In this document: piece by piece, positions 1 through 8,291 of the stretch
Layout: every line of letters starts with the position of its first letter
How positions within the stretch are numbered: the first letter of the stretch is position 1
Source: a virus
IMG/VR virus record: IMGVR_UViG_3300043438_002264
Coordinates: 32,001 to 96,000 of that record
Length of the DNA stretch: 64,000 nt
Strand: one strand, 5' to 3'
Made by a program: the position numbers and the translations under genes
The notes under the pieces: model-generated
Database searches by the model: none
What the model saw: the letters and a program-made list of their open reading frames with translations, nothing else
What the model was told of the DNA's origin: nothing

Positions 1-493
1 CAAAAGAATCTGTATCTACAATTGCTTGTAAAGCTGTTAGTGGACTTGAGTCTGAATAGGCTGGCTGAAGAAAAATTGAGCTGTAGCCCTTAGGGGTTCC
101 TACTGACCAAAACGGAAAAATTCTAAACAAATCTTTATGGTACATGTCTTTGTTTATTGGAAGATGCTCATACTGCTCTCTAGCATGAACAGCAAACATG
201 TCAGCCTGTAGTTTTAAGATGCCTGCAGGAATAGACCACTCTAGCTTTTCTGGATTTGTTGCGTCTACATAAATGTCACAAGGGGCTGGAATCATATATC
301 CAGCAGTGATCAAGTCAAATATTGGCATACATTTTTTTATTGTTGTCCCAATCATTCCAAATGATATGCCACCGTTATTAATAAGAGATGGGGCTTTTTT
401 ATACCACTCTGGCAAAAATTTTGAGGAAGCTTCTGGGCTTATATCAAGTGCAACGGTTTCTTCGCTGTATGGGTAAAACTTAATTTTTTTCAT
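1..493 (-). CDS. Conserved phage protein (DUF6065/dUTPase-like fold family), runs off the left window edge
   Basis: Not in ORF track. ATG at 493, reads MKKIKFYPYSEE...PEWYKKAP...TIKKCMPIFDLITAGY...WSVGTPKGYSSIFLQP...AIVDTDSF, open to position 1. The motif pattern recurs in freshwater phage proteins. Confidence 0.7.
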   Translation of the reverse strand, partial: MKKIKFYPYSEETVALDISPEASSKFLPEWYKKAPSLINNGGISFGMIGTTIKKCMPIFDLITAGYMIPAPCDIYVDATNPEKLEWSIPAGILKLQADMFAVHAREQYEHLPINKDMYHKDLFRIFPFWSVGTPKGYSSIFLQPAYSDSSPLTALQAIVDTDSF

Positions 494-1121
494 AAAAATC
501 CTTTATTCTTTCTATCATTATAGCACTTGAATCAAACACCATGTCAAACATTGGGGAGCCTTTCTTTATTTTGCCAAAACCATAATCGATCATGTGCTTT
601 CCTTTTCTTTTAAACTTAAAAGGAACAAGGTGAGGCCTGACGTACTGAGTATCTACTGAAATAGGTCTATAGTTAAAGAAAGACTCATATGTCAGAAATG
701 GTGAGTCTTTGATTGTTTCAAATTTTACACTAACATTATCGTCAATAAACCAAGGAACATAGAAAACAAAAGCTGGATCAAAAAGATTATCTTCTTTTGG
801 ATACTCCTTTTTTGTTTGATAATACTGCCTCATATGAGGTCGATCAACATTTCTAAAATTTCCGTTTTTTTCTAACAAAAAGATATCTGCATGAGTTTTT
901 TGTCTTAGTCTTACCTGAGTCCCCTCTATAGAAATTAGCTCAGGCCTAGGATATAAGAATTCTACATAACGGTTAATCGGTTTTATTATAGAATGGTCAT
1001 ACTTGTCTCTACTAATTGACTGATACCTTATCCACTTATCTGGTATCCTAGATTCGTGGCTTATTTTTATAAAGTCTGGGTCATACGTATCATACCAAAG
1101 ATTAAAATTAAATGATTCCAC
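480..1121 (-). CDS. Hypothetical protein, possibly related fold to the downstream ORF
   Basis: 213-aa ORF overlapping the next start; ends GKIKKGSPMFDM, reminiscent of the dUTPase-like 'I.KG.P' tail. Confidence 0.6.
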   Translation of the reverse strand: MESFNFNLWYDTYDPDFIKISHESRIPDKWIRYQSISRDKYDHSIIKPINRYVEFLYPRPELISIEGTQVRLRQKTHADIFLLEKNGNFRNVDRPHMRQYYQTKKEYPKEDNLFDPAFVFYVPWFIDDNVSVKFETIKDSPFLTYESFFNYRPISVDTQYVRPHLVPFKFKRKGKHMIDYGFGKIKKGSPMFDMVFDSSAIMIERIKDFYEKN

Positions 1122-1145
1122 AATACCTTTTCTTGTTTAGTTCCG

Positions 1146-1217
1146 AGCCTTTTGTCAGGATTGAACTGACGACCTACGCATTACAAGTGCGTTGCTCTAC
1201 CACTGAGCTAAAAAGGC
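1146..1217 (-). tRNA. tRNA-Thr(TGT)
   Basis: GCCTTTTTAGCTCAGTGGTAGAGCAACGCACT-TGT-AATGCGTAGGTCGTCAGTTCAATCCTGACAAAAGGCT; full cloverleaf; no encoded CCA. Confidence 0.95.
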
Positions 1218-1226
1218 AGCTAGACA

Positions 1227-1250
1227 AGTATAACATTCTTGTGATATAAT
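1227..1250. promoter_or_regulatory. Back-to-back extended -10 promoters for tRNA-Thr (minus) and the rsmI-like gene (plus, leaderless)
   Basis: Minus TGTTATACT (-10 at 1227-1232); plus TGATATAAT (-10 at 1245-1250) 7 nt before ATG 1258. Confidence 0.6.
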
Positions 1251-1257
1251 TGCAAGT

Positions 1258-1983
1258 ATGCGGCCTGGGACTCTTATTGTTTGTGCTAACCATATTGGTA
1301 ATATTTTAGATGTCCCCCCAAGAACTATAGAAAAAATAAGACAAACTAAACATATTTTTTGTGATCATTTAGAGACTTTTAATCAAGACATTGCCATCCC
1401 TTATAAAATAGATATGGATGACAAAATTGTCTTTGAGGTTGGGATAGATGAAAATGGAGAAGAAAACAACACCGTAAGAGCAGCATTGTCTGTCCTACAA
1501 AAAGGAAAAGATATTGTATTCATTTCTGATAACGGTCTCCCAGGATTTGCTGATAGAGGAACAAGAATAATTGATATAGTCTATGAAAATAACATCCCTG
1601 TAGAAATTATTCCTGGTCCAAGCATAGTGTCAGCATCTGTTGCTGTGGCGGGAATACCGTCTTCGTCTTCTGATGTTTTGTTTATTTCATTTTTTGAATC
1701 TACTGAAAAAGAAAAACTTAACAAGCTAGAATTAATAAAAGATTTTGATGCTAGCATTGTCTTTTTAGATTTTCCAGAAAACATGCAATGGCTAATTTAT
1801 AATATAGAAAAAATTATTGGGGAAAAGCGATTGGCAGCCTTGTGTATAAACGTTGGCATTGAGCCCCAAAGAATAATTAGAAAAGAAATCTTTCTCTTTA
1901 AAGAAGATTTTCCAGACTTAACAGACAGCTATGTAACTTTAGTCTTAGAAGGCTCAGTTTCCAGAAGAATTGAAGACTTGTAG
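1258..1983 (+). CDS. rsmI: RsmI-like SAM-dependent methyltransferase (tetrapyrrole methylase family; 16S rRNA C1402 2'-O-methyltransferase-like)
   Basis: GTLIVCANHIGNILDV, ISDNGLPGFADRG and IIPGPS match RsmI motifs GTLY.V.TPIGNL.D, VSDAG.P..SDPG, IPGPS; divergent. Confidence 0.8.
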   Translation: MRPGTLIVCANHIGNILDVPPRTIEKIRQTKHIFCDHLETFNQDIAIPYKIDMDDKIVFEVGIDENGEENNTVRAALSVLQKGKDIVFISDNGLPGFADRGTRIIDIVYENNIPVEIIPGPSIVSASVAVAGIPSSSSDVLFISFFESTEKEKLNKLELIKDFDASIVFLDFPENMQWLIYNIEKIIGEKRLAALCINVGIEPQRIIRKEIFLFKEDFPDLTDSYVTLVLEGSVSRRIEDL

Positions 1984-2054
1984 GGAGTACGGGACTTGAA
2001 CCCGTGACCGACGGATTATGAGTCCGCTGCTCTAACCAGCTGAGCTAACTCCCT
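1981..2054 (-). tRNA. tRNA-CAT (probably Ile2, lysidine type; Met not excluded)
   Basis: AGGGAGTTAGCTCAGCTGGTTAGAGCAGCGGACT-CAT-AATCCGTCGGTCACGGGTTCAAGTCCCGTACTCCCTA; lacks initiator features. Confidence 0.9.
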
Positions 2055-2060
2055 TTAATG

Positions 2061-2134
2061 CGACTCTGACCAGACTTGAACTGGCGACCCCTACCGTGAC
2101 AGGGTAGTGCTCTAACCAACTGAGCTACAGAGCC
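2061..2134 (-). tRNA. tRNA-Asp(GTC)
   Basis: GGCTCTGTAGCTCAGTTGGTTAGAGCACTACCCT-GTC-ACGGTAGGGGTCGCCAGTTCAAGTCTGGTCAGAGTCG; G73 discriminator. Confidence 0.95.
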
Positions 2135-2216
2135 AAGAATAAAAGTATAGCAGGAAAGTATTTTTTTTGCAAATTATGGATCTATGCTCCTAGCTGCCTT
2201 ATGGTACAATTTCTAT

Positions 2217-3104
2217 GTGAATAAAATTTTTATAAGCATTCCGTCTCTTAGAGATCCAACCCTAGAAGCAACAATGAAAATTGCACTAAAGAATGCGGAC
2301 AATCCTAAAAATGTTATTTTTGGCGTTGGAGCACAATATTATGATGATGAAATGCCAGAGTTTAATTTTATAAATAAAGATCAGCTAAAGCTTTTAAAAA
2401 TTAATCCAGATCATAGGCCTGGGGTTGTAAAACTAAGATATGAAATATCAAAGTTAATTACAGACGAATCATATTTTATGAGCATTGATTCTCATATGTT
2501 ATTTTCTCCGCACTGGGACACTAAATGTTTAGCTTGGATAAAAGAATTACAAGAAAAAATTGGAAACCAGAAAGTATGCGTTACTAATGGAAGAATTATT
2601 GCTGACAATACGCAAAGTGATCATCAGGTAATTTGTAGAATTTCTAGCAAAAATACCATTGATGACGGGGGGCTTCTTAAAGCAAAAAGCTTTAAGGATG
2701 GTTGGCTAGAAGCGGTAAACATTTGCTGCAATTTCTTTTTTGCCCCAATAGAAATTATAAAAGATGTAGGCTGGGATCCATACTCTCAATTTACTTGGGA
2801 AGAACAGTATATGTTTTTTAGAGTTTTTATGTCTGGATTTGAGTGTTTTATTCCAACAGAGGATGCTGTAGTAAAGCAGTCTCCAGATTTTTACTACCAT
2901 TATGTTTGGCCAGATATGTCAAAACACTATTTTACAAGATTAGAAAATCAAGACCCAACAAACCAGAAACTTGAGCTACAACGTGCTATGACAACAAACG
3001 AAAAAAGCAACAAGTTTTCAATTGAAAATTCTACAAAACATGTTAGAGAATTTTGGGATAGACTGGGTCAAGGAGAGCTGTTTGATAAGTATCAGACAGG
3101 CTAA
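2217..3104 (+). CDS. GT60-like (Skp1 hydroxyproline GlcNAc-transferase-like) GT-A glycosyltransferase
   Basis: IFISIPSLRDP..., NADNP.NV.FGV, YFMSIDSHMLFSPHWD and WEEQ match the family pattern IF.SI.SYRD / QIDSH..F...WD / GEE. Start set at GTG 2217, 6 nt after TGGTACAAT (leaderless). Confidence 0.75.
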   Translation: MNKIFISIPSLRDPTLEATMKIALKNADNPKNVIFGVGAQYYDDEMPEFNFINKDQLKLLKINPDHRPGVVKLRYEISKLITDESYFMSIDSHMLFSPHWDTKCLAWIKELQEKIGNQKVCVTNGRIIADNTQSDHQVICRISSKNTIDDGGLLKAKSFKDGWLEAVNICCNFFFAPIEIIKDVGWDPYSQFTWEEQYMFFRVFMSGFECFIPTEDAVVKQSPDFYYHYVWPDMSKHYFTRLENQDPTNQKLELQRAMTTNEKSNKFSIENSTKHVREFWDRLGQGELFDKYQTG

Positions 3105-3301
3105 TCTGCAAGTCTTTCATATGCCCAGCCTAAAAGGTCAGCAGCATCCTGGTCTTTTTCATATTCTCTTTCATAAATAAGATTACGAAGTTTAGAAAAT
3201 ATTTTAATTCGCTCAGAGAGTTTAATCATCTCAACAAGCATAGGATCTATTTCGGCGGTAGCCTTCGAGATATCAAAATCAATCTCATTGGGATTGTCCA
3301 T
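3101..3301 (-). CDS. Hypothetical protein
   Basis: 66-aa ORF preceded by TGTTATAAT 5 nt before ATG. Confidence 0.6.
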   Translation of the reverse strand: MDNPNEIDFDISKATAEIDPMLVEMIKLSERIKIFSKLRNLIYEREYEKDQDAADLLGWAYERLAD

Positions 3302-3316
3302 GATTAATTATAACAG

Positions 3317-4450
3317 CTATTCGCAAATATAACTAAATGACATATAAAATTTATCAGCAGTGACTAAATTAATGGGAGAATTATGATCAAATATTTGATC
3401 TTGAGATGAGCCAGAAATATACCAAAGTGTCATCGTAGAGCTGGTGGGCAACAGGTGACCCTTTAAACTATAGTGATCTGTAGTAGAACCAGTGTTGTGT
3501 ATAGACCCGCCATATACGTCTGCGTGGTATTTAGATGGATGCGGCAGCGTTAATGAGTATTGACCAGATCCAAAGTTTGTCACATTTGTAAAATTAACAT
3601 CAAGATATACTTGAACAAGGTTGCCTATTTTTATATAGGTTCCAGTGGCTGGTGTTCCAGTAAATGCTAACCCAGTTCCGCTCCAAACTGGAGAATAGCT
3701 GGTGATAGCAGAAACTGTATTATTAATATCTCCAATAGTTGCAATCTGATTTTCAGGGTCAGTTTCATCATTAAGAAATTCTCCAGTAGCACCATTCAAA
3801 ATTACCTGGTCTGATGAAGATGAAAGTTTTAGTGAGCTTTCTGGAGCAGTTATCCAATATGTATAGAGGGTGCTCATTCCTGGACCAGAAAGAATTCCAT
3901 CCGACCCAAAACGCCAGATGTTTGTAGCTGTCTCTGAAGTGGTTCTAATATCTACATAATCCCCAGTATCCGAGACAAGAAGATTGGTGTCTTCTCCACC
4001 AATAATCAAGTCTGCGTTAGAAGCATCCTGTGTTCCGCCTGCACGAATGTGGATATGGTTAGGTGCAGTAGGATCAATAATTATGTACTGGTCTGAGGTA
4101 AGATCTCCGTCTGGAACTAGCTCAATAGTTCCTAGGTTAGCACCATCCCCTGATGCTGTGCCAGCACCAATAATTTTTACGCCATCAAAGGTAATGTCTC
4201 CAGTGTTTGCAGCATCGCCTTCGGCTGCAATTAGAGTCCAGAAAGTTCCTTCTGCTGGAGTATCTCCAACATTTCCACCATTAGAATTTAAACGATACCA
4301 AGTTTGTCCATTGTAAGTTGCAACATCTCCTACTGCATATGCTGCACCGCCACTATAGGCACCTCTAAAGTTCCAAAGAGCATCTGCCCCTGCTGGACCC
4401 TCTGGGCCTGGTGTACCTTCTCCACCTGCACCGCCACTAAACCTAGCCAC
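3317..4450 (-). CDS. Fibre/decoration protein with a short collagen-like stretch and a CBM5/12-like module
   Basis: GTPGPEGPAG; YAVGDVATYNGQTW (chitin-binding-like); C-terminal fibre-tip-like beta domain (TGTYIKIGNLV...YSLTLP). Confidence 0.6.
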   Translation of the reverse strand: MARFSGGAGGEGTPGPEGPAGADALWNFRGAYSGGAAYAVGDVATYNGQTWYRLNSNGGNVGDTPAEGTFWTLIAAEGDAANTGDITFDGVKIIGAGTASGDGANLGTIELVPDGDLTSDQYIIIDPTAPNHIHIRAGGTQDASNADLIIGGEDTNLLVSDTGDYVDIRTTSETATNIWRFGSDGILSGPGMSTLYTYWITAPESSLKLSSSSDQVILNGATGEFLNDETDPENQIATIGDINNTVSAITSYSPVWSGTGLAFTGTPATGTYIKIGNLVQVYLDVNFTNVTNFGSGQYSLTLPHPSKYHADVYGGSIHNTGSTTDHYSLKGHLLPTSSTMTLWYISGSSQDQIFDHNSPINLVTADKFYMSFSYICE

Positions 4451-4731
4451 TAGTGGCCTGACTCTAAGTTAGTCTTAATAACTGCAACCTGAGATCCATT
4501 TGTACCAGTGATTGCGTAGAGAGCATCCTTTCCTGGAAGCTCAAAAGAAATAGCTGATCCAGGATTTAGGCGGTATCCATAAGAGGAAGCTGTTACACCT
4601 TCTCCACCAATATAAACATAGGCAGAAGCGTGAATATTCTGAATGGTAACGTCCATTCCAGAGTGAACTCCATTAGGAGTTAAAAGGGTAGCAGCAGAAC
4701 TGCTAAGGGTAGTTAGAGCATGAGATGTCAT
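4450..4731 (-). CDS. Small beta-rich virion-associated protein, coupled to the fibre gene
   Basis: IQN...VYIGG..VT...YG..L.PG pattern common in phage decoration proteins; leaderless TGATATAAT promoter. Confidence 0.55.
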   Translation of the reverse strand: MTSHALTTLSSSAATLLTPNGVHSGMDVTIQNIHASAYVYIGGEGVTASSYGYRLNPGSAISFELPGKDALYAITGTNGSQVAVIKTNLESGH

Positions 4732-4751
4732 GCACTAATTATATCATTCTT

Positions 4752-5342
4752 TTATGAACAGCTAGAACCAACTTTAACCTTTTTTAACCACATTTGGGTT
4801 CCTTCATAAATTTTTGTAAGATCAAACCAGTGAATATTAATAAACGAATCTATCGCATATTTAGGACAACACATGATTGATTGGTGACCCGAAGCAAAAA
4901 TGTAATCATCAAAAATTAGCAATCCATTATCAGCCAAACAGTCAAAAGCATTAACTGCATCACGCAAAACAGACCCACCAGAATGATCTCCATCTATGTA
5001 GATAATGTCATACATGTTTTTATTTTGTTTAAAAAACTGATCGCTAGTCATTTTAATAGAAGAAACTTTGTTGGAGTAACTGGATAGTTTATCCTTATAT
5101 TCATCATAAGCAGTTTCCCAAGTAAACCCCTCTAATCCCGAATAGCCAGTCCAGCTATCTACGTCTGTTAAAGTTGATTTTGAATTAGTTAAAATATTTT
5201 CCAATAACCAAACTGAGGCATCTCCAGTAAAAGCACCAATCTGCAAAAAATTTATTTTTTTACCTGCATAGTCAGATAAGTTTTCTTCAAATATTTTTTT
5301 AGCACCAGTTTCTACAAACCAGTTAGGGTGGATGCTTTTCAT
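4752..5342 (-). CDS. Class I SAM-dependent methyltransferase (Methyltransf_24-like)
   Basis: FLQIGAFTGDAS, DVDSW, YDIIYIDGDH, GLLIFDDY. Confidence 0.85.
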   Translation of the reverse strand: MKSIHPNWFVETGAKKIFEENLSDYAGKKINFLQIGAFTGDASVWLLENILTNSKSTLTDVDSWTGYSGLEGFTWETAYDEYKDKLSSYSNKVSSIKMTSDQFFKQNKNMYDIIYIDGDHSGGSVLRDAVNAFDCLADNGLLIFDDYIFASGHQSIMCCPKYAIDSFINIHWFDLTKIYEGTQMWLKKVKVGSSCS

Positions 5343-5386
5343 TTTATTTCTTTCTGTGTAAAATAATTAAGAAAATAATTATATCA

Positions 5387-6820
5387 TTAATAGATTATCT
5401 TAGTGTTATATTGTTCTTCCCAAAGTTTAATATCTTGGTAATCATTTAGTAGTGGTTGACCTTTTATATTAAGACTGGTGTTTAGCAATACTGGTACCCC
5501 AGTTTTTTCATAAAACTTTTTTAGCACAGCGTAGAGGCCAGGATGCTGCTTAGCATTTACTGTCTGTACTCGTGAGGTACCATCTACGTGGACCACAGAG
5601 GGGATAAGGTCTGGCTTTAAGCATCTAGGCGTATATTGCATATAAGGGCTTGTATAGTCCATATCGAACCATTCAGAGGCATGTTCTTCCATGACCACTG
5701 GGGCGAATGGACGGAACAATTCTCTTTGCTTAATTAGATTAACTTTATCCTTAATGTCTGGATCTCTAGGGTCTGCAAGGATGCTTCTATTGCCAAGTGC
5801 TCTTGGACCGTACTCTGCCCTGCCAGCAGCCACTGCACAAATTTTATTTTTAGTTAACTCTTTAAAAATTCTATCTACTGGATACTCATTTCCTAAATCA
5901 TAGCCAAGGTATGCACCTTGCCAATTCAAATGCTTCCCATACAAAGCAGCAGCAGCACCAAGAGATGAGCCTGCGTCTCCTGGATTTGGCATAATCCAAA
6001 TATTATCAAAAAGATTCCAGAGTAAAGTATTTGCTTTGCTATTTAAAGCACAGCCGCCCATAAAGACTAAGTTGTATTTTTTAGTTTTGTTAATTGCCAT
6101 CTTCATAAATTCAATTAGACGATCTTCATATACTTTCTGAACGGCTGCAGCAATATCAAATCTCTCTTCTTCGTAAACTTTACATGGCCAATCAAAGATG
6201 CCTTTATGAAAGTTATACCTTTGATCTTTAATGCTAGAAAAATATTTATTTACAAGGTCATAGTATTTATCTGGATTTCCATAGCCTGCCATGCCCATAA
6301 GGATGTACTCTTCTTGGTTTGGCTTCAGTCCTATGAGCTGAGTAAAGGCAGAGTAGAATAGTCCAAAGCTAAACGGATAGTTGTCTTTGTGTATTGGAAT
6401 AATGTCATCGTCTTCTCCTATCCAGATACTAGAAGTATTAAACTCTCCAATGGCATCTATTACTACAATTACTGCATCTTTAAATGGACTTGTGTAATAC
6501 CCCGCAGCTGCGTGAGAATAGTGATGAGAAAAGTTTTTACGTTTTAGATCTGCAAGCTGAGTGTTTTCAAAAAAAGGCTGCCCCCCACCAAAGCCACCAA
6601 ACATCTTTAGTCTAAGGTCTTTAAGCCAAGGCTTTTCATAATAGGCAAGGACATCTGGAGATCCATACCTAAGAGCATCTTCTAAAATATCTGGATTATT
6701 AAACCAATCATTTTTAATTTTGCTGTATCTTTCAGCATGTCCAGCAAAAAGAATGTTGCCGTCTTCTACTAATGACACTGATGCGTCATGAGTTGTTTCG
6801 TTAATCCCAATTATTTTCAT
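5387..6820 (-). CDS. O-carbamoyltransferase (NodU/CmcH/TobZ family)
   Basis: HDASV..., AERYSKIK, HHYSHAAAGY, IDAIGE, MGMAGYG, GGCALN, GDAGSSLGAA, EYGPRALGNRS, RELFRPFAP, HVDGTSRVQTV, LLNTSLN. Confidence 0.95.
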   Translation of the reverse strand: MKIIGINETTHDASVSLVEDGNILFAGHAERYSKIKNDWFNNPDILEDALRYGSPDVLAYYEKPWLKDLRLKMFGGFGGGQPFFENTQLADLKRKNFSHHYSHAAAGYYTSPFKDAVIVVIDAIGEFNTSSIWIGEDDDIIPIHKDNYPFSFGLFYSAFTQLIGLKPNQEEYILMGMAGYGNPDKYYDLVNKYFSSIKDQRYNFHKGIFDWPCKVYEEERFDIAAAVQKVYEDRLIEFMKMAINKTKKYNLVFMGGCALNSKANTLLWNLFDNIWIMPNPGDAGSSLGAAAALYGKHLNWQGAYLGYDLGNEYPVDRIFKELTKNKICAVAAGRAEYGPRALGNRSILADPRDPDIKDKVNLIKQRELFRPFAPVVMEEHASEWFDMDYTSPYMQYTPRCLKPDLIPSVVHVDGTSRVQTVNAKQHPGLYAVLKKFYEKTGVPVLLNTSLNIKGQPLLNDYQDIKLWEEQYNTKIIY

Positions 6821-6824
6821 TTTG

Positions 6825-6896
6825 CTCCCCCTCCTGGGTTCGAACCAGGGACCTTAGAGTTAACAGCTCTCTGCTCTGCCGCTGAGCTAAGGAGGA
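6825..6896 (-). tRNA. tRNA-Asn(GTT)
   Basis: TCCTCCTTAGCTCAGCGGCAGAGCAGAGAGCT-GTT-AACTCTAAGGTCCCTGGTTCGAACCCAGGAGGGGGAG. Confidence 0.95.
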
Positions 6897-6901
6897 TAAT
6901 C

Positions 6902-7150
6902 TTACAACTTAAAGTTAGAGTTGGTTGCTCTCCATACAGATGGGGAGTGGTTTTCTTCTACTGCAAGCTTTGTTTCCTCGTCTTCGTAGAGTCTTAAGAT
7001 ATGAATGCATGGATCACCACCATCATCAAATTCTTGTTCCTCTTGAATCGTTAATGGCAGCCCATCGTGAGGATAGCAAATTGCTGGGCCACAAAAATTA
7101 AGGTCTAAACCTTCTTGCAACCATTCATCAAAACTTTTTTTATTTGTCAT
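6902..7150 (-). CDS. Conserved actinophage hypothetical protein
   Basis: FDEWL..G...FCGPAIC.PHDGLP...E..EFD.G.DPCIHILRLY; Cys/His possible metal site. Confidence 0.65.
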   Translation of the reverse strand: MTNKKSFDEWLQEGLDLNFCGPAICYPHDGLPLTIQEEQEFDDGGDPCIHILRLYEDEETKLAVEENHSPSVWRATNSNFKL

Positions 7151-7748
7151 TTATACTCCCCATGGCTTTGTTTGGTAGTTGATCCCTAGTGTCTTTTAAA
7201 TCTGGAGTGTAGGTTTCTAGATCATAATCAGGTCTCCATTCTGATGGATGGACATCTGAATAAAATCCAACAACGGTAGAACGATTTCCAGAAGTTACTG
7301 GATAAACTTCATGGACCAGGTTCTTGCATGGAAAAATAATTAGATCTCTTGCTTTTGGCTTATACTGAATCTCTTGTTCTGGAAACTCAATTTCTCCGCC
7401 CTCATAGTCTCCAGTTAAGTAAAGTATAGAGCTATAGTTAACATAGCCAGCATTCTGAGTATCAGTGTGTGGCCCAGAGCCTTGTCCCAAATCCCAAATA
7501 CCAATTTGACTATCCTGACAAAAAAATTCTTTTGTTAGTCCAAATTCTTTAGAAATTTTTTCTGTTATATTTTTAACCTGTTTAGAAACAAAGGCAAGGG
7601 CGTCTACGTGAAAAAGGGGAACTACCTTTACTGTCTTATTATCTTCCCAGGGCACAGTCTCAAATGTTGAAAGTATTCGAAGGCCTTCTTCTTGATCTTC
7701 TTCACTAATAAAATTATGTATGATTTTTATGTCTTCTTTTTTTATCAT
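7140..7748 (-). CDS. 2OG-Fe(II) oxygenase, prolyl 4-hydroxylase-like
   Basis: GPHTD...SSILYL..DYEGGEIEF...IIFP...HEV.PV.SGNR: intact HxD...H triad and 2OG-binding Arg. Confidence 0.88.
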   Translation of the reverse strand: MIKKEDIKIIHNFISEEDQEEGLRILSTFETVPWEDNKTVKVVPLFHVDALAFVSKQVKNITEKISKEFGLTKEFFCQDSQIGIWDLGQGSGPHTDTQNAGYVNYSSILYLTGDYEGGEIEFPEQEIQYKPKARDLIIFPCKNLVHEVYPVTSGNRSTVVGFYSDVHPSEWRPDYDLETYTPDLKDTRDQLPNKAMGSINDK

Positions 7749-7763
7749 ATTTTAATTATACTC

Positions 7764-8291
7764 CTACGTAGAAAGAATGTCAATTGTTCCAGAGCAGGTT
7801 GGAGAGAATTTTATAGCTGCCTTAACTGCTCCCTCTACAATTTTTTCAGGGTTGTCAAAAGACGCAACCCCATACAAATAACCTAAAGCAAAATGAAAGC
7901 CAGAGCCTATAGAAAGGTATCCCAAAGAATAATCATTTAAAGACATGTCGGAAGAGCTGTGCTCATAAAGCCTGTCTTTAATTCCAATAACCATCTCTAG
8001 CTCTGAATCTTTTGCTGTATCTATCCACCACTCTTCATAAAATTCTCTTAAGTATTTTAAGAATGTGGTGTGCATAAAAATATCTAGATCTTCATCATCA
8101 TGTGGTTTTGGTGGATTAAAGGTGTAGGCTAATCTCTGCCCCTCCATAGTTCCAGCAAAGCCAATTACATACGGACCAAAGCGATGGACTTTTGGTTTTG
8201 TCAAATGCATTATGCTATCTTCAGTAGAAGCTCCACGCTCCCCAGCAATATAAACCTTGTTATTAGCCTTCAGGCCAACTATGCATGTCAT
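7764..8291 (-). CDS. HslV/proteasome-beta-like Ntn peptidase
   Basis: M-T-CIVG N-terminal Thr nucleophile; K.., GFAG, SIGSG..FALG. Confidence 0.8.
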   Translation of the reverse strand: MTCIVGLKANNKVYIAGERGASTEDSIMHLTKPKVHRFGPYVIGFAGTMEGQRLAYTFNPPKPHDDEDLDIFMHTTFLKYLREFYEEWWIDTAKDSELEMVIGIKDRLYEHSSSDMSLNDYSLGYLSIGSGFHFALGYLYGVASFDNPEKIVEGAVKAAIKFSPTCSGTIDILST

